Source: Pristiophorus japonicus (lineage: Eukaryota). From it: a stretch of DNA of 64,000 bases. The DNA lies in the NCBI RefSeq assembly GCF_044704955.1, contig NC_091990.1, positions 26,846,001-26,910,000 of the forward strand, read 5' to 3'. The position numbers and the translations under genes are program-made. Position 1 is the stretch's first letter. Every line of letters begins with the position of its first letter. Positions 35,322 to 49,518 of this stretch are shown here, one piece after another. Under the pieces are notes generated by a model. The model was not told the origin of the DNA, did not search any database, and worked only from the letters and a program-made list of their open reading frames with translations.

Positions 35322-36400
35322 GTAATGGGTAATTGAGTCATTGTGGGAGAGGGGAAGGAGGAAGATTATTTATTGGCATTGGGACGTGAGGCAGAGCCAC
35401 GTTTTAAAATCCACAAGTTTTATCTAAATTTCTTTTATCTGCTTGGAATTTTTTCCAGTTGTTTCCACTCATCTACTGGAACTCTTGGCAGCTTTCAGTA
35501 CCTCACCCAACTGGTGTTTCTTTATTGTATAGGCCTAGATAGCAGGCTGTTCAACCACAGAGTGCATCACAGTTCGCACTTTACAGCAGAAATTACTGAA
35601 TAGACTGTGGATTCACTTGCAGAGTTGAAGCAGAAACTATGATAACATTCCAGATTAGATTGGACAGGTGGATGAATGAAAAGGGGTTGAAGGGATATGG
35701 GGACAGTGCGGTAAATGTGATTCGGACTATTTGCCCGCATGGAAGGTGAACACAAGCATGGGCTGGTTGGGCCGAATGGCCTGTTTCCTTGCTATAACTT
35801 CTATTTATAACTTTGCAAAATGTGCACGGAGCATAGTCTGTGTGGAAATCTACTTCTTGAAAATTCCTCTCCCATGGCATTTATCACAGGCAAAGCAATA
35901 AGGAAAGTGTTGAAATTGAGAATCCTTGGCACCCAACACTGACTGAGACTGTTCATAAAGTGAGTGCCAGGCTTCACCGGGCCCAGGCCTCTAACCTCGT
36001 TCCAGCTTCAAGTTCAATTTAAAATCTTCAGTTCCTTCGATTCATCTGGTTAAATTTTCAATTGTGGAATCTGATAATCAGATCTTCCTGGCTGCTGCTC
36101 AGCCCCTGCACATGGCTGCAGTGGTCATTCTGTCACTATACGTGGCTGCAGTGGTCACTGACTTTACGTAGTTGCATTGGTTACCTTCACTATATGTGGC
36201 TGCACTGGTCACTTTGTGACTGCAGTGGTGAGTCTGTGACCGTGTACATTGTAACTAAGATTCTGTCGTTCTGTCTTTGTCTAACAGCCATGCACAGTTA
36301 TGAAATGTTCCATGTATGCTGTAAAAAGTAATGTTTATACTGCTACTGAGATATGTCCTGTATTCTGATAGTCCTCTTGTGACCCCTCGCACTCCTGTAG

Positions 36401-36520
36401 GCAGAGTCCGAGTCCGAAGGTGAAGAGGATGAGAAGGATAAAGGGAAACTGAAGCCCAACGCTGGAAATGGTGCTGATCTGCTGAACTACCGGTGGACCC
36501 AAACCCTGTCTGAGGTGGAT
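36401..36520 (+). CDS. NUDC: NudC coding exon 5
   Basis: ctgtag|[40 protein letters not shown]|gtaagt. Confidence 0.96.
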
Positions 36521-36904
36521 GTAAGTCACTCCCACTGCTCCATTCCCTTACCGCAGTGCACGTAGGGCCAGGCTGGGGATGGAAATGATGCAACAAATAT
36601 AATGGCTGTAGTAGAGGGGGATCACAGTGAGGATATGGAGCGGGATTTTGATGGTGAGGCGGGTGTGTGATTATAAACTGAAGATAATATAATATGAGGT
36701 ATACTTGGGAATCATTTTACATTTAGCTACCGACTTGTGTATTAGAGAGTTCCACGATGCAGTAAACACTGTTGCTCCCCTGAAGGATTCAGAAGGGAAA
36801 TAGATGGATTTCAGATGCAGTGTAGGTTTGGGTAACACACGGTAAAATGGTCTGATTGAGTAACTGGCTATGGCTGAATGGCCTTTTTATCATTGTGTTC
36901 CCAG

Positions 36905-37099
36905 CTTCTGGTTCCATTCCAAGTCAACTTCAGATTGAAGAGTCGGGACCTGATTGTGGAGATCCAAAGACGTCACTTGAAACTGGGTCTGAAAGGCCAC
37001 CCTCCTGTGATTGATGGTGAGATGTTCAATGATGTGAAGGTGGAGGAAAGCTCATGGCTGCTGGAGGATGGAAAGAGCATTAATGTACATCTAGAGAAG
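36905..37099 (+). CDS. NUDC: NudC coding exon 6 (CS/p23 domain)
   Basis: cccag|[65 protein letters not shown]|gtgagc. Confidence 0.97.
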
Positions 37100-37509
37100 G
37101 TGAGCTGACGTTGATGAGGTGAATAGAGTGAAACCCCGCCCATTCTGGGGGTTCCCCATGTCCTGGATCTTGACTTACTCTACAGCTCTGGTGTAGGGCA
37201 ATGAGATGTGTTCCTACAGGGGGAGCGTGTATACTCCATATGGGATTCCCAGTGTGTTGGTGAGGGTTGCACTGTTATCCCCGGTCTGTGGGTGAGGGTT
37301 ACACTGGGCACCCCAGTGTGTTGGTGAGGTTTACATTGGGCTCTGGGCTCCCCAGTCTGTGGGTGAGGGTTATACTGGGATCCTCAATCTGTGGGGTCAG
37401 GGTTACACTGGGGGATTTTCCTTGCGCAAGGGAACTCCAATTCAGTTCTGCTCTAATTTTTTTAATGTACCATGTCAGCATGTGTGAGGATTTATTTTTC
37501 TAATTTCAG

Positions 37510-37593
37510 ATTAACAAAGTGGAGTGGTGGAACAAAATAGTGACAACAGATCCTGAGCTTAATACCAAAAAAATTAACCCTGAGAATTCAAAG
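37510..37593 (+). CDS. NUDC: NudC coding exon 7
   Basis: tttcag|[28 protein letters not shown]|gtgagt. Confidence 0.97.
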
Positions 37594-38914
37594 GTGAGTG
37601 TTTTTAATTTCTCTGCTCCAATCCTGTCATATGAGAGAGAGAGAAAGTATGTCTGCCCGGTGAACACAGTGATATTAAAGGGCATGTTACTGTTTGGGCT
37701 TTCTGTAACATGCAAAGGGCCCGGCGACAGTCTTTGCATTTCGATTGTGCTCTTTATGATTTTTTTAACTCTGTACTGCGCTGAATCAGTGTGAATAGTT
37801 AACCCCAATCATGATGAATTGCTTGTTGGCGTTCAGAAGCATGGCCACTGTGTTTCCTCTCAGCCAGGAAGCAGGAACGTATCAAAGGTGAGACCCTCAC
37901 CGCACAAGCCACGGGTACTGATCAGATTGATTTACAATAGACTGACAGATTAAGACATAGACTGATGCTATTATCACAAACAGTGCCACTTGCAGCAGAT
38001 ACAACAGCTTTAGCTTCGCGGCCATTCTCAAAATTGCTCAGCAGGACTGCCATTGTGTAGTTTTACTCCAACCTGTCCAATAGACCCATTGCATCTCCAC
38101 CTCTTCATAGTCACTTCGAACTCTTCCAATCATTGTCACCCTCATCTTCCTTATGTATTTGCTATCCCTCAGTGACATGATCCATAGACATGGGGTCAGT
38201 TTCCAGGGTCAGCGCTGCCGATGGGAAGCTCTGTCTGTCCCCTGTCGACTTCCGCCAGCCTCTGCTTTTGGAATGCCTGCCTGTCTTCTCTGCACCAAGT
38301 CCCATTCGCCCATCAACCCCCGTCCTGCCGTACATTGTAGCCCCACCAAGTGTAAAATTCCCATTCCATCCTTGTGTTTAAATCCCTCCATACCCTCGCC
38401 TCCTCCCCTGAACAATTTTTTTTCTTATACAACTTCCCCATCCAGCATCCTTTCACCCAACCATTACCTTAAAACACCTAGGCCTCACTCTGGAATTCCC
38501 TCTCTAAACTCCTTTGCCTATCCACCTTCCTCTCCTTTTAAGACCACCTTTAAAACCCATCTCTTGGCTCGGATTGTGGTTTCCCTTCCTAATCTTCCCT
38601 TTTTTGGGCTCAGCATCTATCTTTCCTTAAGCCTCTGAAGTGTCTTAACATGTTATTACAGATTAAAGGCTCTGGTCTTCATTGTTCCAGTGTCATGGAT
38701 GAACAGAATTTACTCCAATTGAGCATTGAAAAAAGCAAAGCTGTTATTATGGCCCCTAGCCAAACACCACACCTCGTCCGTAACTTCACCCTGTTCCTTC
38801 GCCTCAGCACACTGTAACTGAAGCTATGAGCCACACCATTGCCATCTCTAGACTCTATTTCTGCACTGCCCTCCTTGCCAGCCTCCCAACCCCACCCTCT
38901 AGCAGAGAAGCCTT

Positions 38915-41560
38915 ACTACAGCTAATACTTAAAGGGTTGATGGTGGATAGACAATGGCAAATATTTAAAGATCACATGGGTGAACTTCAACAATTGTAGA
39001 TCCCTCTCTGGAGTAAAAATAAAACGGGGAAGGTGGCTCAACCGTGGCTAACAAGGGAAATTAAGGATAGTGTTGAATCCAAGGAAGAGGCATATAAATT
39101 GGCCAGCAAAAGCAGCAAACCTGAAGACTGGGAGAAATTTAGAATTCAGCAGAGGAGGACAAAGGGTTTAATTAGAAGGAGGAAAATAGAGTATGAGAGG
39201 AAGCTTGCCGGGAACATAAAAACTGACTGCAAAAGCTTCTATAGATATGTGAAGAGAAAAAGATTAGTGAAGACAAATGTAGGTCCCTTGCAGTCCGACT
39301 CAGGTGAATTTATAATGGGGAACAAAGAAATGGCAGACCAGTTGAACAAATACTTTGGGTCTAGTGAGAAGGAGGAACTGAAGGATATCCTTATTAGGCG
39401 GGAAATTGTGTTAGGAAAATTGATGGGATCGAAGGCCAATAAATCCCCGGGGCCTGATAGTCTGCATCCCTGAGTACTTAAGGAAGTGGCCCTCGAAATA
39501 GTGGATGCATTGGTGATCATTTTCCAACAGTCTATCAACTCTGGATCGGTTCCTGTGGACTGGAGGGTAGCTAATGTAACACCACTTTTTAAAAAAGGAG
39601 GGAGAGAGAAAACGTGTAACTATGGACCGGTTAGCCTGATGGCAGTAGTGGGGAAAATGTTGGAATCAATTATTGAAGATGAAATAGCAACGCATTTGGA
39701 AAGCAGTGACAGGATCGGTCCAAGTCAGCATGGATTTATGAAAGGGAAATCATGCTTGACAAATCTGCTGGAATTTTTTGAGGAGGTAACTAGTAGAGTG
39801 GACAAGGGAGAACCAGTGGATGTGTATTTGGACTTTCAAAAGGCTTTTGACAAGGTCCCACACAAGAGATTGGTGTGCAAAATCAAAGCACATGGTATTG
39901 GGGGTAAAGTACTGACGTGGATAGAGAACTGGTTGGCAGACAGGAAGCAGAGAGTCGGGATAAACGGGTCCTTTTCAGAATGGCAGGCAGTGACTAGTGG
40001 GGTGTTGCAGGGCTCAGTGCTGGGACCCCAGCTCTTTACAATATACATTAATGATTTAGATGAAGGAATTGAGTGTAATATCTTCAAGTTTGCCGATGAC
40101 ACTAAACTGGGTGGCTGTGTGAGCTGTGAGGAGGACGTGAAGAGGCTGCAGGGTGACAGGTTAGGTGAGTGGGGAAATGCATGGCAGATGCAGTATAGTG
40201 TGGATAAATGTGAGGTTATCCACTTTGGGGGCAAAAACACGAAGGCAGAATATTATCTGAATGGCGGCAGATTAGGAAAAGGGGAGGTGCAACGAGACCT
40301 GGGTGTCATGGTACATCAGTCATTGAAAGTTGGCATGCAGGTACAGCAGGCATTGAAGAAGGCAAATGTTATGTTGGCCTTCATAACTAGGGGATTTGAG
40401 TAGAGAAGCAGGGAGGTCTTACTGCAGTTGTACAAGGCCTTGGTGAGGCCTCACCGGGAATATTGTGTTCAGTTTTGGTCTCCTAATCTGAGGAAGGACG
40501 TTCTTGCTATAGAGGGTGTGCAGCGAAGGTTCACCAGACTGATTCCCGGGATGGCTGGACTGACATATGAGGAGAGACTAGATCAACTGGGCCTTTATAC
40601 ACTGGAGTTTAGAAGAATGCGAGGGGATCACATAGAAACATACAAGATTCTGACAGGACTGGACAGGTTAGATGCGGGATGAATATTCCTGATATTGAGG
40701 AAGTCCAGAACCAGGGGACACAGTCTTAGGATAAGGCCATTTAGGACTGAGATGAGGAGAAGCTTCTTCACTCAGAGTTGTTAACCTGTGGAATTCCCTA
40801 CTGCAGAGAATTGTTGATGCCAGTTCATTGGATATATTCAAGAGGGAGTTACATATGGCCCTTATGGCTAAAGGGATCAAGGTGTATGGAGAGAAAGCAG
40901 GAAAGGGGTACTGAGAGAATGATCAGCCATGATCTTATTGAATGGTGGTGCAGGCTCGAAGGGCCGAATGGCCTACTCCTGCACCTATTTTCTATGTTTC
41001 TATATAAGATATTGGTGAGGCCGCACCTGGAATATTGCGTGCAGTTTTGGTTTCCATATTTACGAAAGGATATACTTGCTTTGGAGGCGGTTCAGAGAAC
41101 GTTCACGAGGTTGGTTCCGGGGATGAGGGGGTTGACTTATGAGGAAAAGTTGAGCCTCTGCTCATTGGAATTCAGAAGGAGAGGTGATCTTATCGGAATG
41201 TATAAGATTATGAGGGGACTTGACAAGGTGGATGCAGAGAGGATGTTTCCACTGATGGGGGAGACTAGAACTAGAGGGCACGATCTTCGTATAAGGGGCC
41301 GCCCATTTAAAACAGAGATGAGGAGAAATTTCTTCTCTTGGAGGGTTGTGAATCTGGGAATTTGCTGCCTCAGAGCTGTGAAAGCTGGGACATTGAATAA
41401 ATTGAAGACAGAAATAGACAGTTTCTTAAATGATAAGGGGTTATGGGGAGCGGGCGGGGAAGTGGAGCTGAGTCCATGATCAGATCAGCCATGATCTTAT
41501 TGAATGGCGGAGCAGGCTCGAGGAGCTGTATGGCCTACTCCTGTTCCTATTTCTTATGTT
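38915..41560 (+). mobile_element. CR1 LINE (long RT fragment to 3' tail at ~41000) followed by a second CR1 3' end
   Basis: ORFs 39033-39473 and 39486-40403 (YLDFQKAFDKVPH..QGSVLGP..FADDTKLGG), and two CR1 tails. Confidence 0.92.
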
Positions 41561-42180
41561 CTAAACTCTGAACTTATCTCAAACTCTGCTGCCTGTACCC
41601 TGCCCCACACTAGATCCCACTCACTCAGCATCGCTATCAATGCTGATCTGCACTGGCTTTTTGTCCTCCAACACATCAAATTTAAAATCTTTGCCCTCAT
41701 CCTTATATTAAAATCTCCACAGCCTGGCCCAACCCTACATCTGCAATCTGCTCCAGTCTTGTGTTCCCTTCTCATGCCCTCTGACTCAGGCCTCCAGGGT
41801 AATCCACCCCCTTCCTCATGCCACCATTGACAACCTTCAACCACCTCACCTAATTTCTGGAGCTCCCAATTCATTACCTTTTAAAGAGCAAGAGCAATTC
41901 AGGATACAAATGTGAGGCCTCCTAAAGCCCAAGCAGTCAGTCTGATGAATTGGACTGGTGACAGGCTGCATACCGCAACATTTCAAACACATTGTCCCTC
42001 CTCTTTTACCGTGACTAATTTGTGAACAGATAATTGCACCTATTCTCACAGCCTGAGCATCCTTGATCATCCATCTTAGACTTAGTTGTCCTATCAATGT
42101 AAGCCCATCTAGTCCTGCCCTACCTGATGAGAACCACTTGATAGACCTGCTGAAAAACTGCCTGCTCTCTGTGCCCATAG

Positions 42181-42300
<120 letters not shown>

Positions 42301-42689
42301 TAAGTCCTCCGTTGCAGCAATGATGAGCTGCATTTTTGATAAAGAACCACTTCCTCGAATCAGGGCAACCAGCCTGTGACTCACGGTAGCATGGGCAATT
42401 TGGCCTGGCAAATTAAGCGATTGAGTCGGGGTGGGGTGGGGGGGGGGCCACTGGATGTTCCATGCTGTCTGGAGGGTGGGGCACGGGATGTCCCATGCTG
42501 ACTGGCGGGGGGTGGGGAATGACCCAGGCTGACTGGAAGAGGGGTGACTTGGGGGAGAGACACCCCAGGCTGGTGGAGTGGGGTGATTTGGGCTGATGGG
42601 GGTGGTGACCCCTGGCTGGGGATTCAGCAGTTCAGTCTGTGTCCCGTATCAACAAAGCCGAGCAGATGACCGAAGGGTTACTGACCCTT

Positions 42690-43240
42690 TTTCCACTGGA
42701 AACTGTTTCTCCTTATTTACTCTATTAAAACCCTTCATGATTTTGAACGCTTTTATTAAATCTCCCCTAAACCTTCTCTCTCTAAGGAGAAACAACCCCA
42801 GCTTCTCTAGTTCTCCATGTAACTGAAGTCCCTCATGCCTGGTACCACTCTAGTAAATCTCTTCTGCACCCTTACTAAGGCCTTGACATTCTCCCTAAAG
42901 TGTGGTGCCCAGAATTGCACACAATACTCTAGCTGGGGCCTAACCAGTGATTTATAAAGGTTTAGCATAACTTCCTTGCTTTTGTACTTTATACCTCTGT
43001 TTATAAAGCCAAGGATCCCGGATGCCTTTTTAACAGAATAGTCAACTTGTTCTGCCACCTTCAAAGACTTGTGCACAAACACTCCCAGGTCTCTCTGGTC
43101 CTTGCATCCCCTTTATAATTGGACCATTTAGTTTATATTGCCGCTTCTCATTCTTCTTCCCAAAATGAATCATTTCACACTTCTCTGTGTTAAATTGCAT
43201 CTGCCATGGGTTGGCCCATTTCACCAGTTTGTCTATGTGC
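42690..43240 (-). mobile_element. CR1 LINE fragment
   Basis: WQMQFNTEKCEMIHFG and LYKSLVRPQLEYCVQFWAP motifs. Confidence 0.85.
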
Positions 43241-43884
43241 TCCTGAACCTGAGCTGCAGTCTGTTGGCGTGTTTGTCTCTGACCCATTGGAGAGGAGAAT
43301 CACATTGTGCAATAAGCCAGACCCTGGGCCTCCCTATATTACGGTCAATATGTAGGTAAAAGGCACAGTCTGATTTTTGGGGGGTGTGAAGTCTGGCTAT
43401 GGAATTGGATATTGACACTGAACCGAACAGAAATATGTTGCTTAAAATCTTAAAAATGTAAGTGTGCAAGCGAATTATTTTTTTCTTTTAGATGTGACAT
43501 TTGTTTTGAATGAAAAGGTTGTATAATGCAGTGCTTTAACCTGAAGTAACGTTCCCATGCAGCAATAACTGCAGTTGTTCAGGGTACCCCTGTATAAAGA
43601 AGTGCTGAGTGAGAGGTGCATGACCATGTGCCAGGGTAAAGAGATTTGTCCTAATTCACTTGGCTGGTTTCCAAAGGTGAATTGTTGTAATAAAGGAATG
43701 TACCAGGTACCAGGTAATACTGGGGACCACGAGTTAACTCTTTGTTATGTGTGTGTCTAACACAGTTGGGTAGGAGCCTGCCAGGCACTATATTGATCTT
43801 ATCTGAACCCTCTTGTACTTTCTCCTGTAATTGCCTACCTGAACTGTGCTCTAATCTGTTCACACATTGTAAACTTACATATGC

Positions 43885-45195
43885 ACATAACAAATAGGAG
43901 CAGGTGCAGGCCATATGGCCCATCGAGCCTGCTATACCATTCAATAAAATCATGGCTGATCTTCTACCTCAACTCCACTTTCCCACCCTATTCCCATGTC
44001 CCATGATTCCCTTTGTGTCCAAAATCTATCAATGACTTGAATAGACTCAATAACCTAGCATCCACAGAAAGGAAAAAAAAAGACTTGCATTTATAAAGCG
44101 CCTTTCACGACCTCAGGACGTCCCAAAGTGTCAATGAAGTACTTTTGAAACGTAGGGTACAGAATTCCAAAGATTCACAACCCTCTGAGTGAAGAAATTT
44201 CTCCTCATCTCAGCCCTAATTGGCCGACCCCTTATCCTGAGACTGACCCCTAGTTCTAGACTCTCCAACCGGGTAAACGGCCTCTCAGCATATACCCTGT
44301 CAAGCCCCCTCAGAATTTTATACATTTCAATGAGATCACCTCTCATTCTTCTAAATTCCAGAGAATATAGGCCCATTCTACTTAATATCTCCTCGGAAGA
44401 CAGCCCTCTCATACCTAGAATCAATTTAGTGAACTTTCTTTGCACCCCCTCTAAAGCAAGTACACCCTTCCTTAGGTAAGGATACCAAAACTGTACACAG
44501 TACTCCAGGCCCCAAACCCCTATATAAATAAGACTTCCTTATTCTTGTACTCCAACCACTTGCAATAAAGGCTAACCTACTATTTGCCTTCCTAATTGCT
44601 TGCTATATCTGCATGCTAACTTTCTGTGATTCATGTCCAAGGACACCCAAATCTCTCTGCATAGAAACATTTACTAGTCTTATCACTTTATAAAAAAAAA
44701 TTCTGCTTTTCTATTCTTCCTACTGAAGTGGATAATTTTACATTTGCGCACATTATACTCCATCTGCCACCTTCTTGCCCATTCACTTAACTTGTCTATA
44801 TCCCATTGCAGCCACTTTGCATCCTCCTCACTGGTTACTTTCCCACCTAGCTTTGTATCGTCAGCAAACTTGGATACGTTGCACTCGGTCCCCTCATCTA
44901 AGTCATTGATATAGATTGTAAATGGCTGAGGCCCAGGCACTGATACTTGTGGCACTCCACTGAGGGTTGTAAATCTGTGAAATTCTCTGCCCCAGGGAGA
45001 TGTGGAGGTTGGGTCATTGAATATATTTAAGGTGGATATAGACAGATTTTTGCGCGATAAGGGAATAAAGGGTTATGGGGAGCGGGCAGGGAAGTGGAGC
45101 TGAGTCCATGATCAGATCAGCCATGATCTTATTAAATGGTGGAGCAGGCTCGAGGGGCCAAATGGCCTACTCCAGCTTCTAGTTCTTATGTTCTA
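43885..45195. mobile_element. CR1 fragments (minus 43885-44960, plus-strand 3' tail ~44962-45195)
   Basis: KFADDTKLGG and LYSLEFRRMRGDLIE motifs, and CR1 tails. Confidence 0.85.
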
Positions 45196-48100
45196 AACGG
45201 CCAGCTTCCATGCTGAAATCTCTGTGATACAGCTGGAGTGGCGAGAGACTGTGGAGGGATGTGATCGGGGCCCAGGAGAGGTGTGAGTTCGAGGCCAGGG
45301 GTCCGTGCAGAAGAGCAGGTCTTCAGTCGTCTTGGATAACCCTTGCCGCTGGACCAAGACTCTGTCAAGCCCATGTGGTGGCTAGTATGCAACGGCCACC
45401 ATATGTTTAAAAAAAATCCACTCACGGGCACCCTTCAAGATGTTGTTCAGGACCATGAATATTAAGTCCTTCATTGAAACACCTGTGAACTCATCCTTTT
45501 TTTGGCGTGGAAGCAAGTCTTCCTCGTTTTGTGGGACTGCCTATGATGATGTTACAACCTGCCTACTTTAAAATGAGCTCTTTATTACTACTCTGTTTCC
45601 TATACGTTAACTGATCCTCAATCCCATGAGCCCTAATCTTGTGTAACAACCTCTTGTGTGGTACCTTATTGAATGCCTTTTGAAAATATGGGCGCGGCTT
45701 TCACTGGGTTACGGTTTCTATGGGCTCCTGTTCTGGCAACAACACATTTTTAAACTTCTCAACCTTTTCAAATCACTCCATGGGCTCGCCCCTCCCTATC
45801 TCTGTAACCTCCTCCAGCCCTCCAACTCTCTGAGATCTCTGCACTCCTCCAATTCTGGCCTCTTGTGCATCTCTATATTTTAATCGCTCCACCAATGGCG
45901 GCCGAGCCTTCAGCTGCTTGGGCCCTAAGCTCTGAAATTCCCACCCTTAAATTCTTTGCCCCTCTATCTCTCTCTCTCCTTTTAAGACGCTCCTTAAAAC
46001 GTACCTCTTTGAGTCCAAGCTTTTGGTCACCTGCCCTAATATCTCCTTATGTTGCTCGGTGTCAAATTTTATTTGAAATAGCTCCTGTGAAGTGCTTTGG
46101 GACGTTTTACTACATTAAAGGCACTATATAAATGCAAGTTGTTGTTGGTATGGCTCTCACTGGGTTATGGTTTCTATGGGGGTGGCTTTCACTGGGGTAT
46201 GGGTCCCCCCCGCGCCAGACCCCAGCAGTCAGAGGTGGAGCAGCCCTAAAACCTCCCATACTGCCACCCATCACAGATCAGCAGTAAAATGCAGGACATT
46301 CTGATCTGTTGAGCGCAGAATACCATGCTAGGCATTCGCTGTAGCACGTTAATCCTAATTCGAATTAGAACGTACAGAATGTCCACCTCCCAGCTTTTAA
46401 GTGTCTTTGGAATTATTTAGGGCCAGAGTTGAGCGGATGGACTATGCAGCAGTTGCCTGGCATTGCTGGGGCCTGTGAGTGTGTAAGGGATCAGAATTAA
46501 ATGGATCGGTTATGCAGCAGTTCCCTGGCTTTCCCAGAAAAAGAATCGGGGAAAGTGTTGGATAATGTGTCTCCTGTGGATGTGGATCGTTTCCCAGTCA
46601 GGTCGATACTCGTGTTGCAATGTGCTATTTTTCAGATCACCCTGCCTCCTTGATAGTCAAAGATTAATCAAGCTACGAGCTGTGACCTTGCCTTTGGTCT
46701 GATTGTGAAGGTGCTGGAACAGCAGAATGAAACTACCAGCAGGCTGCTAAATCCTGCCTCTGCAATCATGCAGCTCGGACTGAGCTCACTCTGAAATAGA
46801 TCAAAAATCTTTCCTGATGTGACATTGGACATTAGAACCTGGATTTCTATAAAATGGAGATCTGAACAGACACAATAAATATCAAAACAAAATCCAAGAA
46901 TGCTGGAAACACTCAGCCAGTCAGGCAGTGTCTGTGGAGAGAGAAACAGAGTTAATGTTTCAGGTTTGGATCCTTCACCGAACATAAGGAAATTATAGCA
47001 GAACAGCATTTAAAAAGGAACACACAGGCACACACACAGAAATTGGGTCTCCAAAGGCCCCAAAATGGGGGAGGGGGGGCAGGAAGTGAGCCGGTCACTA
47101 TATTGGGTAAGGACAAACCAGCGGCATTCCTCTACTCACACCTGAAGCAGGCATTAGGCTCTTTGCAAATAAAGGACATAACTCCTGCTTCAGGTTCCCA
47201 CTGCAATATTGGTTTTCCCCAAGGCAGCCGGCACCTTCACAACTACACCAGGCCTAGGGATCGCCTGCAATAAAGAAGGTGAGTAAGTTACCGGCAAACC
47301 ACCCTCCCGATCGCCCCCACCCCTGATCTCCAGGCACCATGACCCCAAGCCCTGGTCTCTGTTTCCTTCCTGAGATCCACAACCAACAGGCTCCCTTCCC
47401 CCAGCATCAACCTCAAGGTCCTGGCACCTGATCTCCTCCCGCCACGCTCCCGGTGCGGCCTCCTGCAATGCCGTCTCAAACTGTTCACCTGTGATATCCT
47501 CCAGTTTTGACCATTTAGCTATCTCTTGTTTTGCACTCGCACTTTGCAGGTCCTTCTCTCAGCTGTGTGTGTGTTTCCCCTTCATTCCGTTCCTTTTTTA
47601 AATGCTGTTCATCTGGAATATCCTCCAGATTTGATGGTGTGCACACACAAATCATTACCTCTCAGACACTCAACTTATGAGTGTTTCCAGCATTTTTGGT
47701 TCAGATTTCCAGCACCTGCAGTATTTTGTTATTTATTAGAATAAATTCAGATATGTATGAGAGACCATTGTTCGAAAGAACTTCGATCAAAACCCTACTG
47801 TCTGACTACTGGTTACAGCATGTGCTGCCTTAGCTGATGGTCACACAATGATCAGACAGCCCGTACTTGAGCAATGCTGTACACAGAGTTAGCTGGTCGC
47901 AGTAAGGAGGGGGCTAAAAATCGGGCTTGGTGGCTCTGGGTAAACCCTGATTATTGTCCAGTCATACATGGCAAGGGCAGCATTGGACTCCACTGAAGGG
48001 AGGAAGTTTGAGCTGGTTGCCATAGTACATTCCAGTTATAATGGGCAATATGTCTGCCTCCCAAAAACTGCTGGGTCACCAGGTATTTAGTACAGTGGAT

Positions 48101-48402
48101 CTGGTTCACCCATTGAGGCCTGTAATAATGTTTCTCACCCATACTAAAGATTTAAGCAGACAGCAGAACATTTTGTCCATCTGACTCTACTGTACCTCTT
48201 GCATGATGTTACACAGTGGATGAAAATGTGAATTTTGGCAGCTGAACGGTTGCCGGATGTGTTTTTGACCAAGCTTTTGGTCACCTCTCCTAACCATCCT
48301 GCAAAGATGTGTCTGCTCTTTGGGACAGTTCTCTGTTAAAGACACTCTTAAGTGTGAGTTGTTGGTACTTTGAGCAGGATCTAATTCTGTGCCACTCTGC
48401 AG

Positions 48403-48454
48403 GTTCATGGAGCAACACCCAGAGATGGACTTCTCAAAGGCCAAGTTCAGTTAA
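48403..48454 (+). CDS. NUDC: NudC coding exon 9 (terminal)
   Basis: ctgcag|G TTC..: FMEQHPEMDFSKAKFS* with TAA at 48452-48454. Total joined CDS is 1026 nt (341 aa). Confidence 0.97.
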
Positions 48455-49512
48455 AGATGGGCGCCTGCCCTGGGGCTGAAGGGGATACTCGGACTGTTGG
48501 AAGAGTTTCTGCAGGAAGGACACCCTCTGAGCATCGCCTAGTGCTGTGCATCCTGGTTCCCGAGCTCGTACATCATTCAGGTTACTCATTGTGTGGAGAG
48601 CAATTGTGCACCTGGCATCTGCAGTGCAGTCACCACGGTGGCATCCACTGGCTGCCCATTGATCACATTATTGCATTTTCTGGCTGGCCTTTCCTGAGCG
48701 CCTTTTGATGTCGTCACTTTCCAAGGTTCACTGTAAACCGGATTGAATGTTCAATTAATTTTGACCTTCTCCGATAGTAACTGAGTGAAATGTGCAATGT
48801 GTGTTGCTCTCACCACACTCATTGTCTCTCTGCAGGGCTGTTCTGATAATCTCTCTGCATGTATGCGATCTAAATCTATACCAATGTTTGGATCCCTTGC
48901 ATCATTTTTGGAGTGAGGGTTTAGGCAGAATCCTGCTGAAAGACATTGTATACCAGGGGCCACCCAGAACATGCTTGATGGTCCTTTCTTTCCCCTTGTT
49001 GCCCCACTGAGTTCAGATGAGATATTTTGTGTGTCAGTAACTGATTTGGACACCAACATGTTATGCAAATCACATTAGAAGCTCTCCTCTTTCAGTCTGC
49101 ACTGAAGCTATTCAGAGATTGCTATGCAAAACTCCAGCTGCTGATAAAGTGGAAATGGGGTGAGCTTGTGTTCGGCTGCATTTCACTGAGTTATTTTTTG
49201 CTGGTTACTCTCTCCGCTCTTGCCCAGTCATCTCCATATTAACACACATGCTGCTTCGGGATGGGCTACTGTGTGTTGGGTTTTGAAGTTGTGTCTGATT
49301 GACTGAACTGCCACGCAGTGCCAGGTGAAGGCCAAAGTGTTGTAAATATCAGGGTCATTGCTCTCCATTTCCTTGTCTCAGTGTTTCCAGGTTAACAGGG
49401 TGGCGAGATAAATCAGTGAGTGCAGCGCCAGCCCTTGTGGAACATGTTTTGTGTTTTTTTTAAAAATTGTTTGCATTGATGCACTTGGACATGATGCTGG
49501 AATTCATTTCTC

Positions 49513-49518
49513 AATAAA
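49513..49518 (+). terminator. Probable NUDC polyadenylation signal
   Basis: AATAAA ~1.06 kb after the stop, followed by GT-rich sequence. Confidence 0.7.
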
